Assembly (NCBI RefSeq): GCF_018977255.1
Contig: NW_024704743.1
Span: 66,404,001-66,468,000, forward strand
Direction of reading: 5' to 3'
Source of the DNA: Callorhinchus milii
Lineage: Eukaryota
Length of the DNA: 64,000 nt
Shown: positions 50,590 to 62,610 of the stretch, in pieces
Position numbering within the stretch: the first letter of the stretch is position 1
How the letters are laid out: each line of letters begins with the position of its first letter
Notes under the pieces: model-generated
The model's input: only the letters and a program-made list of their open reading frames with translations
What the model was told of the DNA's origin: nothing
Databases searched by the model: none
Made by a program: the position numbers and the translations under genes

Positions 50590-50815
50590 AAATGAGGTCT
50601 TCTTATCCTTAATTGAAATGATGGGACTAAACGATGACTGTGAGTTAAAGGTTTAAGATTATAAAGGGACCAGACAACTGAAATAGTCTCAACCATTGCC
50701 TTCAAATTCCTTTCAAGAACTATGGAAAATCTAGCTTCTAAGTTGAAATTGATTTGAAGAAAATTCTGCATCATCTAAATTTTAGGACAATGGTCTTACA
50801 GCTCAGATAATGAAA
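50590..50815. mobile_element. Fold-back MITE family copy (degraded)
   Basis: aagaactatggaaaatctagcttc...aaattttaggacaatggtcttacagctcag. Confidence 0.45.
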
Positions 50816-51214
50816 AATGTTGAATCCTTGAGTGGTTTTGTGTTTTATTGTAGTGTACCAGAAACAAATAACTAAGGATTTGATGATGAAACCATGAATC
50901 TACTAACAAGCAATATTATTTCACTGTTGTACATTGCTTATGATTGCACTTGCCTTACCTATTGGAAGAAAATAAGTGTGGTTCAAACTATTTTTGGTGC
51001 TTAACAGTGTAAGAGTTTAAAACAAAGGCTTGTGTGATGAGCTGCACTGTCTCCAGGAAATTGTCTGTATGTCATGCTGCCCTGCAAGACTTTGGCTCCA
51101 ACTCAAGATTTTCTCGGAGTCGAAGCCTGGCGAGTCCGAGTGAAACATGGAATATCCATGCAGAAAATTCAGTCTCAATCATTTTTTTTGTTGCGCTACC
51201 TTAGTTAATACTGC

Positions 51215-51770
51215 AACATTAACAATTATATTACTGGTTAGATCACATTTGGAATACTGTGTCTCATTCTGGTTACCATACTATAAGAAGGATATAGATA
51301 TATAAGAATACAGTGTACATTTTCTAAGATGATATCAGAGCTGGCAGGTTACTACTATCAGGATACACCTCATTGGTTAGGTCTTTTTTCACTAAAGATT
51401 AAAAATTTAAGGGAAACTTAGTAGAGGTGTTTAAAATTATAAAAGGGGTCGATAAGGTAGGCATAATTAGGCTGCTTCCACTGGCTGGGTAATCTGTAAC
51501 CAGAGGGCACAAGTATAGATAGCGACTAGATGATCTAAAAGAGAATTAAGGCAAACTGCTTCATGCAGAGGGTAGTGACATTGTGGAACGGTGATTCAAT
51601 CAGGTAGTGTAGATCCATTTAAGAGGGAGATAGGCTTTCACATGATAGAGAAGGGAATAGAAGCGTATGGAGGGAGTGAGGAATGGATGGATACTCATGT
51701 AGAGTATAAATACCAGCATGGACTGGTTGGGTCAAGTGGCCCATTTCTATGTTGTACATCCTTTGTAAAT
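51215..51770 (+). mobile_element. CR1 3' fragment
   Basis: LVRSHLEYCVSFW...YKKDI; EVFKIIKG.D; TRGHKY. Confidence 0.85.
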
Positions 51771-54069
51771 GAAAATTGATGTTAAGAGGGATTTGTAAAA
51801 TAACTGCTGTCTATTAGCTGTAGAAATGAAACTCAAACAAGATTATACTCAATTTACCAGTTAATCAGTAACACATTTCACAGAAATGCGAACGTAATTC
51901 TCAGGAATCCATTTGCATTATAAATAATAATGTATTGATGGGCCTCTTAAACACAATGATGTAAAAATGGATGAGATTTTACAGTATTAGAGATTAGATT
52001 TGAAGAGCTTCAGTATTTTATTTTCCGAGGATTAAAACAGGTTTTAAAAAGAGAGGGAAGAATTCAAGTATGCAGAGAATAATAAAGAAAATAAGTACTT
52101 CATGCAAGGTTTAGTGAAGTTGCCTGAAAAAACATAATGATACTTTATGGGACCTATGGCACACTTAATCCAATTACATACCATCGGTTCTTTCGAGAAA
52201 TGATTTATTTTAGTCAAGGTGATAGGCACTATTTTTAGAAACCGCTGAAGAAAAGAAAAACTGAGAATAAGGATAATAATCCAAAATGGTTAAAATTAAG
52301 ATTAAAATGTATTTTATCCTATTCCTTCAAGTATTAACTACTACAAAATATGTTGTATCAATATATGCTCAGTTTGATATTTTGAATGATTTATAGCTTT
52401 TCTTAATTCGCATGGTAATTTATAACACAAAACAACACAATGGCTGTCATTTGTCAAATTGATACCAGTTTATTAGCTCATTGCTGCTTGCCTTTTTCTC
52501 CTATCCATAAGAGGAGTACCACCAAAATGCAAGGCTGCAGGTTACATTTTTCTGCTATGGAAGATCACTACTCATTTAGTTGAGGCCATGCAGGAAGGTA
52601 GGCTCAAACCAAATAAATATTTTACGGCCTAATTTGCGAAATTTATAAAAGGATTTGTAAGTAATGAATCCTGCAGGTTGCTGGATAAGCCTGAGCCTCC
52701 AGAGCTCTGTTTGGATGCCGACTGACGCCATGCTCCTGCTAAGATCCAAACTATTTCTCTCTTTGGCTTAATGGCTTAATAGGAGTCAGAACTCAAATCT
52801 ATGCCAGTTGGAGTTCGACATCAAAAACATCTAAATTGATACAGGTTTAACTCACTGCGGTTCACCGCTCACTCCTAACCATGAGTGGGATGACATAGAA
52901 ATGCAAGGCCGCAGGCTTCACGACTTTCAAATCCTTTTCCAAATCTTGTAAATTGTATCTCAATGTTAAATATATGTTTGTAAAATTTAACTGAAATGAA
53001 AATAATAGAAATAATGAAGTCATGTTTAACAGTTTCTCATTTTCAGCACGTACCTTTCCTCCCATATTCTAATCATCTGAATAATCCCAAAGAAGTACAA
53101 AAGAACCTCATTATAATGCCCTTCAATACAACACTACCTCACTCATGACAAGGCTTGCCACTTTTAATCAGGAAAAATCAGTATTGGTCAGGTTTTCATT
53201 AAATTGAGAACAATTCATTTCCATTGTAAAAGATTATGGTTTTGAATTACAGGTCATAAGGCGACCATCAATGTCACTTTGTGTGCATTGTGATTGCAGC
53301 ACCGCTAACATCATGTCCTGTGCATTCACGGGAAGTAATGTTGAAGGCACTGCCAGCTCATGTGGTTGTTCTGGAGGGATGAGATTGAATGAGCCGAAGA
53401 GCCTTCTTCATCCAGACTAATCTTATGATCTTGTGACGACGTCTCCGACAATGCAGTACACCCAAAGAAATGCATTGGAGTGACAGGAATATGTGAGTTC
53501 AAAGCCCCAACTAACAATCTTCTGCTACAGAGGTGAGAGTGGTATCAAATCAGACAGCCATTGTGTTGTCAATTTTCTTTTTTAAATTTTAGTCATTATT
53601 GTGGTGTCTCCTTCTTTCTCATCTAAATGTAGTAATTGTTCATTGTCAAACCCAACAAATGAAACGGGTTGCTCTTGTCTTTATCCTTCCCTCTTGCTCA
53701 ACTCTATTTTGGGCGATTTTGCTGTCCCCACAATTATATGATTAATGGAGCATTTTTATACATTGTGACATTTTTATAAATATTCATATTGGACTGTCAA
53801 AGATGTCTGTCTACGCAATTTCATGATTGCCTTATGAACACTTAATAATTTGATTGTAAAGCAAGTCACTGTGGATAACATTTCAGGCTGTATGAAAATA
53901 TTATGAAAATGAAACAAACAAATTCCTATAACCAACACTCAATTGCCTTTGTGTTTTGAAGAATCTCTTTTGACAACTACAAAAAAGATTTTTTAGATTT
54001 CCTTAATATTTTCTTTAGAAATAAAGGAGAGAATTGCAGTATTCCAAAGCACGTTCCTTTCCTTGATTA

Positions 54070-54760
54070 AAGTCGGGGATAATTACGGAACACTTCACTG
54101 CATGAATAGAAAATGAAATCAAAATGTGTCATTAAAATCTATGCTTGATGATGTACTTGGGACTGAACAACCTCTTGCCCCAAGCTTCTGAACAATGGTT
54201 TCTTCCTCTGCTTTTTCCAACAGTGGAATCCTATATATAGCGAAGGTGTCTGAAAGTCACTCCTTGCGCCTGGAACAGACTACAACATACCTTGAGAATT
54301 TTTAATTTGAAATAGAATGTATTGGTTATTTCAGTCAACTTCTTCCATTTGAGATGGTTTGAATTTTAGTTTTAACCTTTACAAAAAAATATCTTTTAAG
54401 CTGCTTTCTAACCAATAAGACCAAAATCGCCATTCTCAGGGGCAGGATAAAAAGTCTTCACTTTTTTTTTATCCTACCAAATGGGAGCAGCAATTTCACA
54501 TCTCTTCACCAGATACAGAGTTTAAAAAAATGAAAAGTTAGATCTCCTCCAGTTGGCAGAATGCATTCCTTGGGCCTTTTGTTACATGAACCAATGGAAA
54601 TTGTTTGGAAGTTGGAACCATTTCTCAGAAATCAGGGATGAGGGGCATTGTTCAGTCCCAAACCCGTCATTTAGGATAAATTGTAAAGACATGTTTTAAT
54701 CACAACTAGCACAATGGATAATTGAGGATTTGAGTGTGTTTCAGATTATCACGGTTTTCA
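54070..54760. repeat. Long degenerate inverted repeat (putative old DNA transposon/MITE)
   Basis: 54115-54200 matches the reverse complement of 54615-54700 (ttgggactgaacaa core exact). Confidence 0.6.
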
Positions 54761-54784
54761 TGCCATATTTTCCCCCCAAACAAT

Positions 54785-54982
54785 GATTCATGTTAGGTTG
54801 AGTCCTACACGGCACTGGTCACTTTCCAGAAATCCCAAGAAGCACTGAGGCCAACTGTAGCATCCTTGCTGCCCAGAAAACTTAGCACAAACTAAGGCTC
54901 TAACCTGGGACCTTCCTGGTCTAAAGGGCTCAGTTTTTATACTAGTGAGTGGTACTTTACAACTGAACCATGAAGGGGGCCT
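54785..54982 (-). mobile_element. Ancient tRNA-headed SINE, AmnSINE2-like (name from recall)
   Basis: Reverse complement: ggttcagttgtaaag...actgagccc..tagaccaggaaggtcccaggtt...tgtgctaagtt...gctacagttggcctcagtg; a related copy lies at 57680-57825. Confidence 0.5.
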
Positions 54983-55129
54983 TTTTATGATAAAAATTGT
55001 ATTACCTTTATATTTCTAATCTTTTCCAGTGTTGTGAGATTCTCCAACTTCAGATGTTTCCCTTCATTGGTCAAAGAAATGATCTTTGAGATTTCAAAAC
55101 CTCATAGGTTAAGTCTAAAATCATGGTGG

Positions 55130-55480
55130 AGCCAAGGACTGGGTGATGCAGTGCATGAGCAATGCTGTCCTTTCATCTCTGAGACTTGGGTTTGAATCCA
55201 GTCCAGACTGAAGGAATGAAAATATCTGCTGTCTTCTCTGTAAGGAACCTGCATGAAATGAGATTGGTGGTCTCAATCCAGCTCCTAGTGAGTATGGATA
55301 AACAGCACAAAATAGTCCATAATTCAGTATTAATTGGCACTTATGGAAAGGAGACCATAGAGATGGCTGATCTCCCACAGCTGTAGTGGGGGATTCTATT
55401 TGGAGGCCAGTGTTTGGGTATACTACTGGGCAGAATAGTACAAGCTTTACTCGTGGTATACCTGACCATGAATGCTTGGC
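55130..55480 (+). mobile_element. LF-SINE-like element
   Basis: cctttcatctctgagacttgggtttgaatccagtccag; tgaaatgagattggtggtctcaatccagctcctagtg; cacaaaa...taattggcac. Three colinear blocks matching the LF-SINE consensus as I recall it. Confidence 0.7.
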
Positions 55481-56099
55481 GTAGATATTGCGTGACATAA
55501 AAGAAGTGTTCCATTTCCAACATTAATAATAATAATCCTTGTATTTGATAGAGGACCTTATCAGGTCTTTGACATGTCTCAAGCAAACTAATTAAACATT
55601 TGAAAGCTATATTTAAATCCAACAACACACAACCTTTTTTACTGAGGACCTAGATTGTGGTATTTGTCTCCCAGACTTATTGAATTGATTATGGCTTCCA
55701 GGTTAGCAAATATTGGATTGGAAAATCTGCGGGAAGATTCTCAAATCCCAAATGGGAAACAGACTGCCCTTCTGCTCGCTGGTCTTCTATCAGATTTTGC
55801 CAATTGTCAATCCCAATTCATAAATATGCAAATCCAAATTTCACCAACCAAAGGTCACAACAACACAATAAATCCAGTGTACAAATATTATATTTTTAAA
55901 GGTATCAACTGTCTTGTTTTTCCAGGTAAGATTCAGAAGAACTCTATGAGCTCATTTTAAATCCTTTAAACTCTTTCAAGGTGGACAAAGTACAATTGTA
56001 TTTTATTCTGCAATTCATACCAAACATACCAAACAATTGGTTTTGTTATCCAGTGAAATCAACAATATGGACAAAAAATATATTAAAAAGATGCTTTAC

Positions 56100-56184
56100 C
56101 TGTACTCGAGTAACGTGTAGATACATTATACAAGAAACCAGGAAACAAATGCAGAATACCAGGAGGACAAGAACTACTGTACTC
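56100..56184 (-). CDS. ADCY1: ADCY1 exon (approx. 11)
   Basis: tactag|G AGT...GTA CAG|gtaaag; 85 nt; STVVLVLLVFCICFLVSCIMYLHVTRVQ; phase matches the previous exon across a 105-nt intron. Confidence 0.95.
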
Positions 56185-56289
56185 CTAGTAAAGAGAAACA
56201 GAATGAGATACATTGGTTTATAAATAAAAAGGGATCAGAATAAAGAATAGGCTGCAAACAGTTCTAATTAGAGTATATAAGCCACTTAC

Positions 56290-56387
56290 TGTTGTATTAT
56301 GAGAAGGTACACAAGGCCAAATAAGGCAGCGAGTATAAGTGAAAGAATGACTGAACTGGTGAAATATTCATCGTGAAGCTGATGGTA
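56290..56387 (-). CDS. ADCY1: ADCY1 exon (approx. 10), start of second TM cluster
   Basis: ccacag|TAC...CAA CA|gtaagt; 98 nt; YHQLHDEYFTSSVILSLILAALFGLVYLLIIQ(Q). Confidence 0.95.
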
Positions 56388-56959
56388 CTGTGGATAGAGG
56401 AGAGAAAGTAACGTTTAATGTGAAGTAGAATCATAACACTGTTGTTTGCTGTGTGGTATTCAGAGAGTGCAAGATTTAACTTCACTAAAGGATCGATCCA
56501 CAATTAGAATTTGTGCATAATTTTATAATGCAGGGTGCATAGTAACAAATATATATGTATATGTTCTTCCATTATATGCAGCAAAAATATTGTGTTTTAT
56601 ATGACTCACTATCAAATATAACATGGACTTCAGGTCGGCTCCAACATCAGCCTCATTAAGTAGAATGAACTGTCAACATTAAAGCTATTGACATTGAGAA
56701 CAGTGGATCAGTTTTAAAACAAGAGTTGACTAATTCCCGCACAATGTAATTAATATGATAGTTGTTGATAATCCATTTTCGCAAATGGACTAACAAACAG
56801 GCAGCTTCTGTTCATCTAGGACATCATCTGAATCCCTCGATTAGATTACTGCCTATGATGCACTGATGCCAATCTAGTTATATAACAGATTCAGAAGATG
56901 ACATGCAGCTGCCCTTGTTCTTGTCTCTGGATTCACTGTGTTATGCCTCCTGATACGGA

Positions 56960-57270
56960 ACAATTTATATATCTTCTTTGCGCCTTTCACATCAGGAAAA
57001 TGTCTCGAAGCACTTGACAAAGCTGGGCAAACACACACATTGGGAGTGGGAGAAAAGGGGGTGGGGAGGGGAAAGATGACTAAGTGCTGTAAGTTAAAAA
57101 GGTACGTTTTGAGATGTGCCTTGAAGGGTAGGGAGGGAATGAGTCAGAGGCACTCCAAGGTGGAATTCCAGGTAACGGGTGTAGAACGGCTAAACCCTGC
57201 CAGCTGATGGTGGGCAGATAGGGTGAGGGACATGAAGCAGGCCAGAGTTTGCTGAGCGAAGGGACTGGTA
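56960..57270 (-). mobile_element. Old L2 3' fragment
   Basis: gcgcctttcacatcagga tail; ttgagatgtgccttgaag; ggaattccag. Confidence 0.7.
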
Positions 57271-57354
57271 ATATACAAAAAGAGTGATTTTCAGTAAAGT
57301 TCTCTTTTTCATAGCCGCACCCAGCTTAGTGAAGAAAGGTACTAATTTTTTTAA

Positions 57355-57653
57355 TTAATTAATCCTTGCATTTGATACAGCGCTTTTCACGTCCCAAAGC
57401 GCTTCACAGAACACACTGTAAAGAGAATTGACTGTATATTTGTGGGCGAACGCGGCAGCCAATTGCGCACAGTAATGTCCCACAAACAGTCGTAGATTGA
57501 AAATGACTAATTTATTATTGTTTTTGGTTTTGGAGGGATTATTATTAGGTGTGTGGAGTAAGGAAACTTGCCCAAGGTTTCGCCCTGCCTGGAATTGAAC
57601 TCAGGTCTCTTGCTTGCAAAGCGAGTGCTCTGACCATTGAGCTACAGGACTCC
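57355..57653 (-). mobile_element. Young Deu-SINE, full length
   Basis: Reverse complement of the 23510/61971 type; small deletion in the 3' stem-loop. Confidence 0.92.
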
Positions 57654-58519
57654 ACGATGTATCTTTGGGATATAAAACTAGGAGATTGCAGGTTAAAATC
57701 TTGGTCTGTGCTAAGTGGGCTGATTCAGCCAGGGTAACAGAGGTTGGGCTGCTTGGATGTTGAAAGAGGATAAGTTTAGGGTCAGTTGTATTGCCCTCAG
57801 TGATAACAGACTCATTGTCAGATGATAAGTACACACAGGTGCATGGTGCTCATTCAACTATATGCAGTGGAGGGAACGTGAGTTTAACATCTTTAGATGG
57901 GGAAAGCAAAGTGGAGAAAAGTGGCAGGGAAAAAAAATTACTTTCTAGTGAAAGCCATCCTTATCCAGATTATAATTGTTTGGAAACATTCCTTTCTGTC
58001 AAGTGATAAGTGCTTTCAGACATCTAATGTGAAAGGGACTACATAAATTGTACTGTATTGGTGTAAAGAACAAGGCAGCAATTTGAAAACAAATTGTAGC
58101 ATAATGGAAGACACAAAATCTCACAGTCACCTCAAATAATAATAATAACAATCCTTGCATTTGCTATAGTGCCTTATAAAGTCATTGAGACATCTCAAAG
58201 CGCTTCACAGGATATACTGTAAAGTAGTTTGACTGTGTATTTTGTGGGCAAATGTGGCAAATGACATAAAGGGACTTTTGGTCTTTGATCAAACATTGTC
58301 AATTCCTGTCCTGAGACGTGGAATCGCAGCAAAAGAAGATTATATTTCAGTGATATTGCATTGCTACAGATTAGATAGGAGCATTCCAGTTAGAGGTGAA
58401 CAATAGATAAGTGTATAAATTACAGAGAGTTTTTTTTAATTTTACATTTTAGAGCAGTAACTCTTAATGTGGTAGTGTTATTTTGATGGGAATTTTCTGC
58501 TCCAACTGGAGTCAGTGCA

Positions 58520-58835
58520 GTTTTTGTTTTGATCAGCTGGGTGTCTATCACATGCAGAAACATATCACAATGCTTTAGAATATCTAACGACTAAGAGTTT
58601 CACATTTGTGCCACCTACACATGGATATTAGCCTGTGCCTAAAATGAATTGTGCCCTCTCTTCTTAGAGGAATGCATCCTGCTTATCCAATTCTGGAAAG
58701 TGTTAGATACAGGTTTGGAAAAGGCCTGGGGATCTCAGAGTATATGGTGGGGTATTGCTCAATTTTAATTGGTTATACCTGCATAGTTACCGTTGAGAAC
58801 ACTGTCTGGCGAGCTTCCCACTGCTTGTTTAGGGC
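58520..58835 (-). mobile_element. Unnamed RTEX-like family 3' portion (copy 5)
   Basis: gatcagctgggtgtc...tcctgcttatccaattctggaaagt aligns with the reverse complement of 46000-46310. Confidence 0.65.
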
Positions 58836-60409
58836 AAGTAAGGCACTGACTTGCAGGATTAAAGGGAGATGAATGGATAGAATCCATGCTCCCAATGGCC
58901 AATCTGCCCCTCCAAGTCTTCCTCGGACTATTGACATTCATTCAATTCTGACTTTCCATTGCCAAGCATATCACCTTAGGCCACCAAGGAGACCCTGCTT
59001 ACCTCCCCCTCCCCCCTCCCAAGAAGGATAGTTCCCTTGCTGCTGTGATTGCAACCATTCCTTTTGCAGATTTCACTGTCCAAGATCATATGGGGTTAAT
59101 AGTTTCACATACAGTCTAATATGTGTTTGAATTCTGTTAATCCGATTGGGAAAAAATGTATTCTCTCATATTTTTAAATCAGGGAGCTATCCTGGCCATG
59201 TTGAGTTTCCACTACTTCCCCTTTAATTACTATCCACTTGAAAGCAAACACATTAATTAATTTGTTTTGGTCTTTATTTCAGCAGCAGTTAAAAGCAGCT
59301 TCTTCAAATCCAGAATCAATATAATAAACTAGCTTAATTCAAATCCTTCAGCACCAACAAATTTGCTGTACACTAGCTTGTCAACTAATTTCATTCGGTT
59401 AATGACTACTTTACCGAATGATGTGGTTTGGCTTGATCGCTATCCCACTGTCCAAACTGGAAACAAGTTGACAATTTGTGAGAAACCCTAAACTGTGGCA
59501 ATAAATCTTGGAAAGAAAAATGACCACCCAAGTGACTGACATGTTTGTTTATGTGATAGGCTTAATGAGATCCACTTTGCTATATTCTCCATACGATAAG
59601 AAATGCAACTCTAGACCTCCTTGGTGAGTATTGAAATATTCATCTATTTATCATAATGCAAAAGGGTTAAATGCAATTTCTGAAAGCCAGCAAAAAGTAG
59701 AGACTAGAGAGCAAAATAGACCAACAACATCTTTCAATTTACTTGATTTTGTAATCAAGTTACATTTATGCAATGTCTTTCACATCAGCACGATGTCTTA
59801 CAGCTTCATAGTTGGGAACAACTTTGAGATTGGGGAGGGACAAGTCACAGAGACTGTGGGATGGAGCTACAAAAAACAGGCACAGAATGACTGAAAGCTT
59901 ATCTACTGATGGTGGGGTGGATGACATGAAGCAGGCCAGTATTTACTCCACAAAGGTTAGGGACCAAGTTGGTAAGGTTGTAGGATGTTGCAGAGCTAGG
60001 ATGGGGCAAGACCATGGTAGGAATTTAATGCAAGGAATTTTAGGACCTTTCTGAAACCACATATAACTGTTTTGTGAACATCACAAATTAGACAGCTTTC
60101 ATTATTCACAAACAGAAACAGCAAATAATCTTTTCAGTACCATAGCGGATACCAGAAATCACACCTTAAGGTTCTGGTTTCATGCCACGACATTTCATAT
60201 CAAGATTTGGCAAGATCTGTTCACAAATCTTTTCACAAGATCAAGTAATACATAAAACAATAACTATGTGAAAATGGGTTAGCCTATCAAATGCCACATG
60301 TCAATTTTATTTGTCAACAAAACAACCAACAATTATATAAAAATTATGAATACTGGGGCCAGTGAAATAATATCAAGCTTGTGGAGTACCTATGTCAGCA
60401 TAGGCCTGG

Positions 60410-60792
60410 TGTGTGTCTCCGACCTTTGAATGTCACCATTAGTGGTGGTGCCTTCAGCTACTACACCCTTTACCTCTGGATCTCCCTGCCGCAATTCCTC
60501 TTTAACTTCCTTTAAATCCCACCATTAGGCCTACCTCTTTGCCTGCGCCTATGGTCACCTTCCCCTCCCCCTTCTCCCCTTTTCAGGATTCAAACCCGCC
60601 ATGCAGAATAACTGCAAGTTGTTGTTATTATCAAAAAAAAGTTTAATCCACAACTGTTTGTGCGACACTGCTGTGCGCAATTGGCTATCGCTTTTCGCCC
60701 ACAAAACATATTCTGTGAAGTGCTTTGAGATGTCTAAAAGACATGATAAGGAGCTATATCAAATGCAAGGAATATTATTATTATTATTATTA
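60410..60792 (+). mobile_element. L2 3' fragment followed by a truncated Deu-SINE
   Basis: ccattagtggtggtgccttcagc...gcaagttgttgtt, then ctgtgcgcaattggct...aaatgcaagga(ATT)n. Confidence 0.75.
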
Positions 60793-61119
60793 AAGCTCTC
60801 CTTGCTTTCCTCCTGCCAGCATATTTCAGACTCAGAACATCTTTATTCTATTTGTTCTACAATTTTCTTTCTTACAATGGCTATCCTTGTGACCACTCAG
60901 ATAAAGACTGAGAAATCAGTGGTGAATTATAAACAGCTTTCTTACACTCACAATATGTCTTTCTGAAGCCTTTAGAACTACACATGAATGTTTTATATAG
61001 CAATATAAGTTTACCACAAAGGCCAGGCAATCCAAATTCATTAGACCTTCAATTTTTAATAATAAGAAAATCCTTAATTTTAAATAGTATCTTTCACATC
61101 TCAATCACTTCACAACAAC

Positions 61120-61240
61120 AAAGCACACATCCAGCACTGCACTGCTGGACTAGACAAGTTCAAAATCCCAACCTGGGACTTGAACCTACAACCTTAAGAC
61201 TCAAAGGCATGATTGCTACCAACTGAGCCAGGCTGACACA
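61120..61240 (-). mobile_element. SacSINE1-like SINE head
   Basis: Reverse complement gtcagcctggctcagttggtagc...ggttgtaggttcaagtccc. Confidence 0.65.
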
Positions 61241-61476
61241 ACCAGACTTAAACCTCAGTTCCAGAGTTGAAACAAAGAGTATTGGCTATGATTTCATCTA
61301 TTCCTATGGTAATTTGTATTGAAAATAAGACAAATTTAGAATAAAAACACATGCATTTCAAATGGAATTGAAGTGAAAAAATTCAGACTTTTGACTTAAT
61401 GTCAATTTAGGCTTGATGCACACCACCTTACTTTATATTTGAAAAGCACATTTTAATTATGTGTTCAGTAACTTAC

Positions 61477-61671
61477 TTTCTGCTCTCTTTCACTCTGTTT
61501 GTACGTTAAGGTAACAAAATGTAAATCTGCCATTTCAGACTCGGTTTGTCGAGCTTCAATCAATCGACTGATGTATCGGTTTACCCGAGTTCCTGCAGTG
61601 CTGTGAATGACATTTGTTGGAAAGGATGTTCGGTTCCTGAGCTTCTCAGATGCTGTCCTCAGTGCTCTTCT
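61477..61671 (-). CDS. ADCY1: Adenylate cyclase 1, first coding exon in window (approx. exon 9; C1b region)
   Basis: aag|AGA...CAG AAA|gtaagt; 195 nt; RRALRTASEKLRNRTSFPTNVIHSTAGTRVNRYISRLIEARQTESEMADLHFVTLTYKQSEREQK, recognisably ADCY1. Exon numbering inferred from the mammalian gene. Confidence 0.95.
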
Positions 61672-61970
61672 CTTTGTAATAAAAAGGGAAAATGATTTTA
61701 AATTAGTGACAGGGTGCTATACCACTATATCACTGCATTCTAATATAGTCAATTTTTTAATTTGCGTGAAAACCCATTGTAGCATTGATATGGTTATAAC
61801 GCAGTTGAGGTGTTAATCCCATTCACTGGGCATGAGCACATCGGGCCCTCTCACTTCCCACATACCAGCCAACTCACACAATAAAATGGGCAATATCTAC
61901 TGAATATGTGCAGCACACAGGCAATGACATCAGAGGTGATCAGAGACTTTGAGGTCAGCTCAGTCAGGTC

Positions 61971-62298
61971 AGTCCTGTAGCTCAGTGGTTAGAGCACTCG
62001 CTTTGCAAGCAAGAGACCTGGGTTCAATTCCAGACAGAGGGCGAAACCTTGGGCAAGTTTCCTTACTCCACACGCCTAATAATAATCCCTTCAAAACCAA
62101 AAGCAATAATAAATTGGTCATTTTCAATCTACGACTGTTTGTGGGACATTGCTGTGCGCAATTGGCTGCCACGTTCGCCCACAAATATACAGTCAATTCA
62201 CTTTACAGTGTGTTCTGTGAAACGCTTTGGGACGTCCTCCTGACGTGAAAAGCGCTATATCAAATGCAAGGATTATTATTATTATGATTATTATTATT
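61971..62298 (+). mobile_element. Young Deu-SINE, full length
   Basis: Near-identical to 23510-23830. Confidence 0.92.
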
Positions 62299-62610
62299 TG
62301 TGGGTGAATTTGGCTGCCAATTTGCACCCAGCAATGTTTCACAAACAGACATGGAGTATGTGGGATTGTTGGCCAGAACAACAGGATAAATTCCCTTTTT
62401 CTTTTCAAACAGTATCATGGGATCCTGTTCATCTCAAAAAGCAAACGGTTTAATATTTCATCCGAAGGACGGACATCTCAGACAATGCAGCACACTCACA
62501 GCATTGCATTGGAGTGTCAACATAGATTGTATGGTGACAGGTCCCAATGTTTGAATCTACATCCTTCTGACTCAAGAGGTGAGAGTGCTACCAACTGAGC
62601 CAAGCTGACG
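62299..62610 (-). mobile_element. SacSINE1-like Deu-SINE, abutting the young SINE tail-to-tail
   Basis: Head gtcagcttggctcagttggtagcactctcacctcttgagtcagaagg at 62610; Deu core at 62300-62345. Confidence 0.75.
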
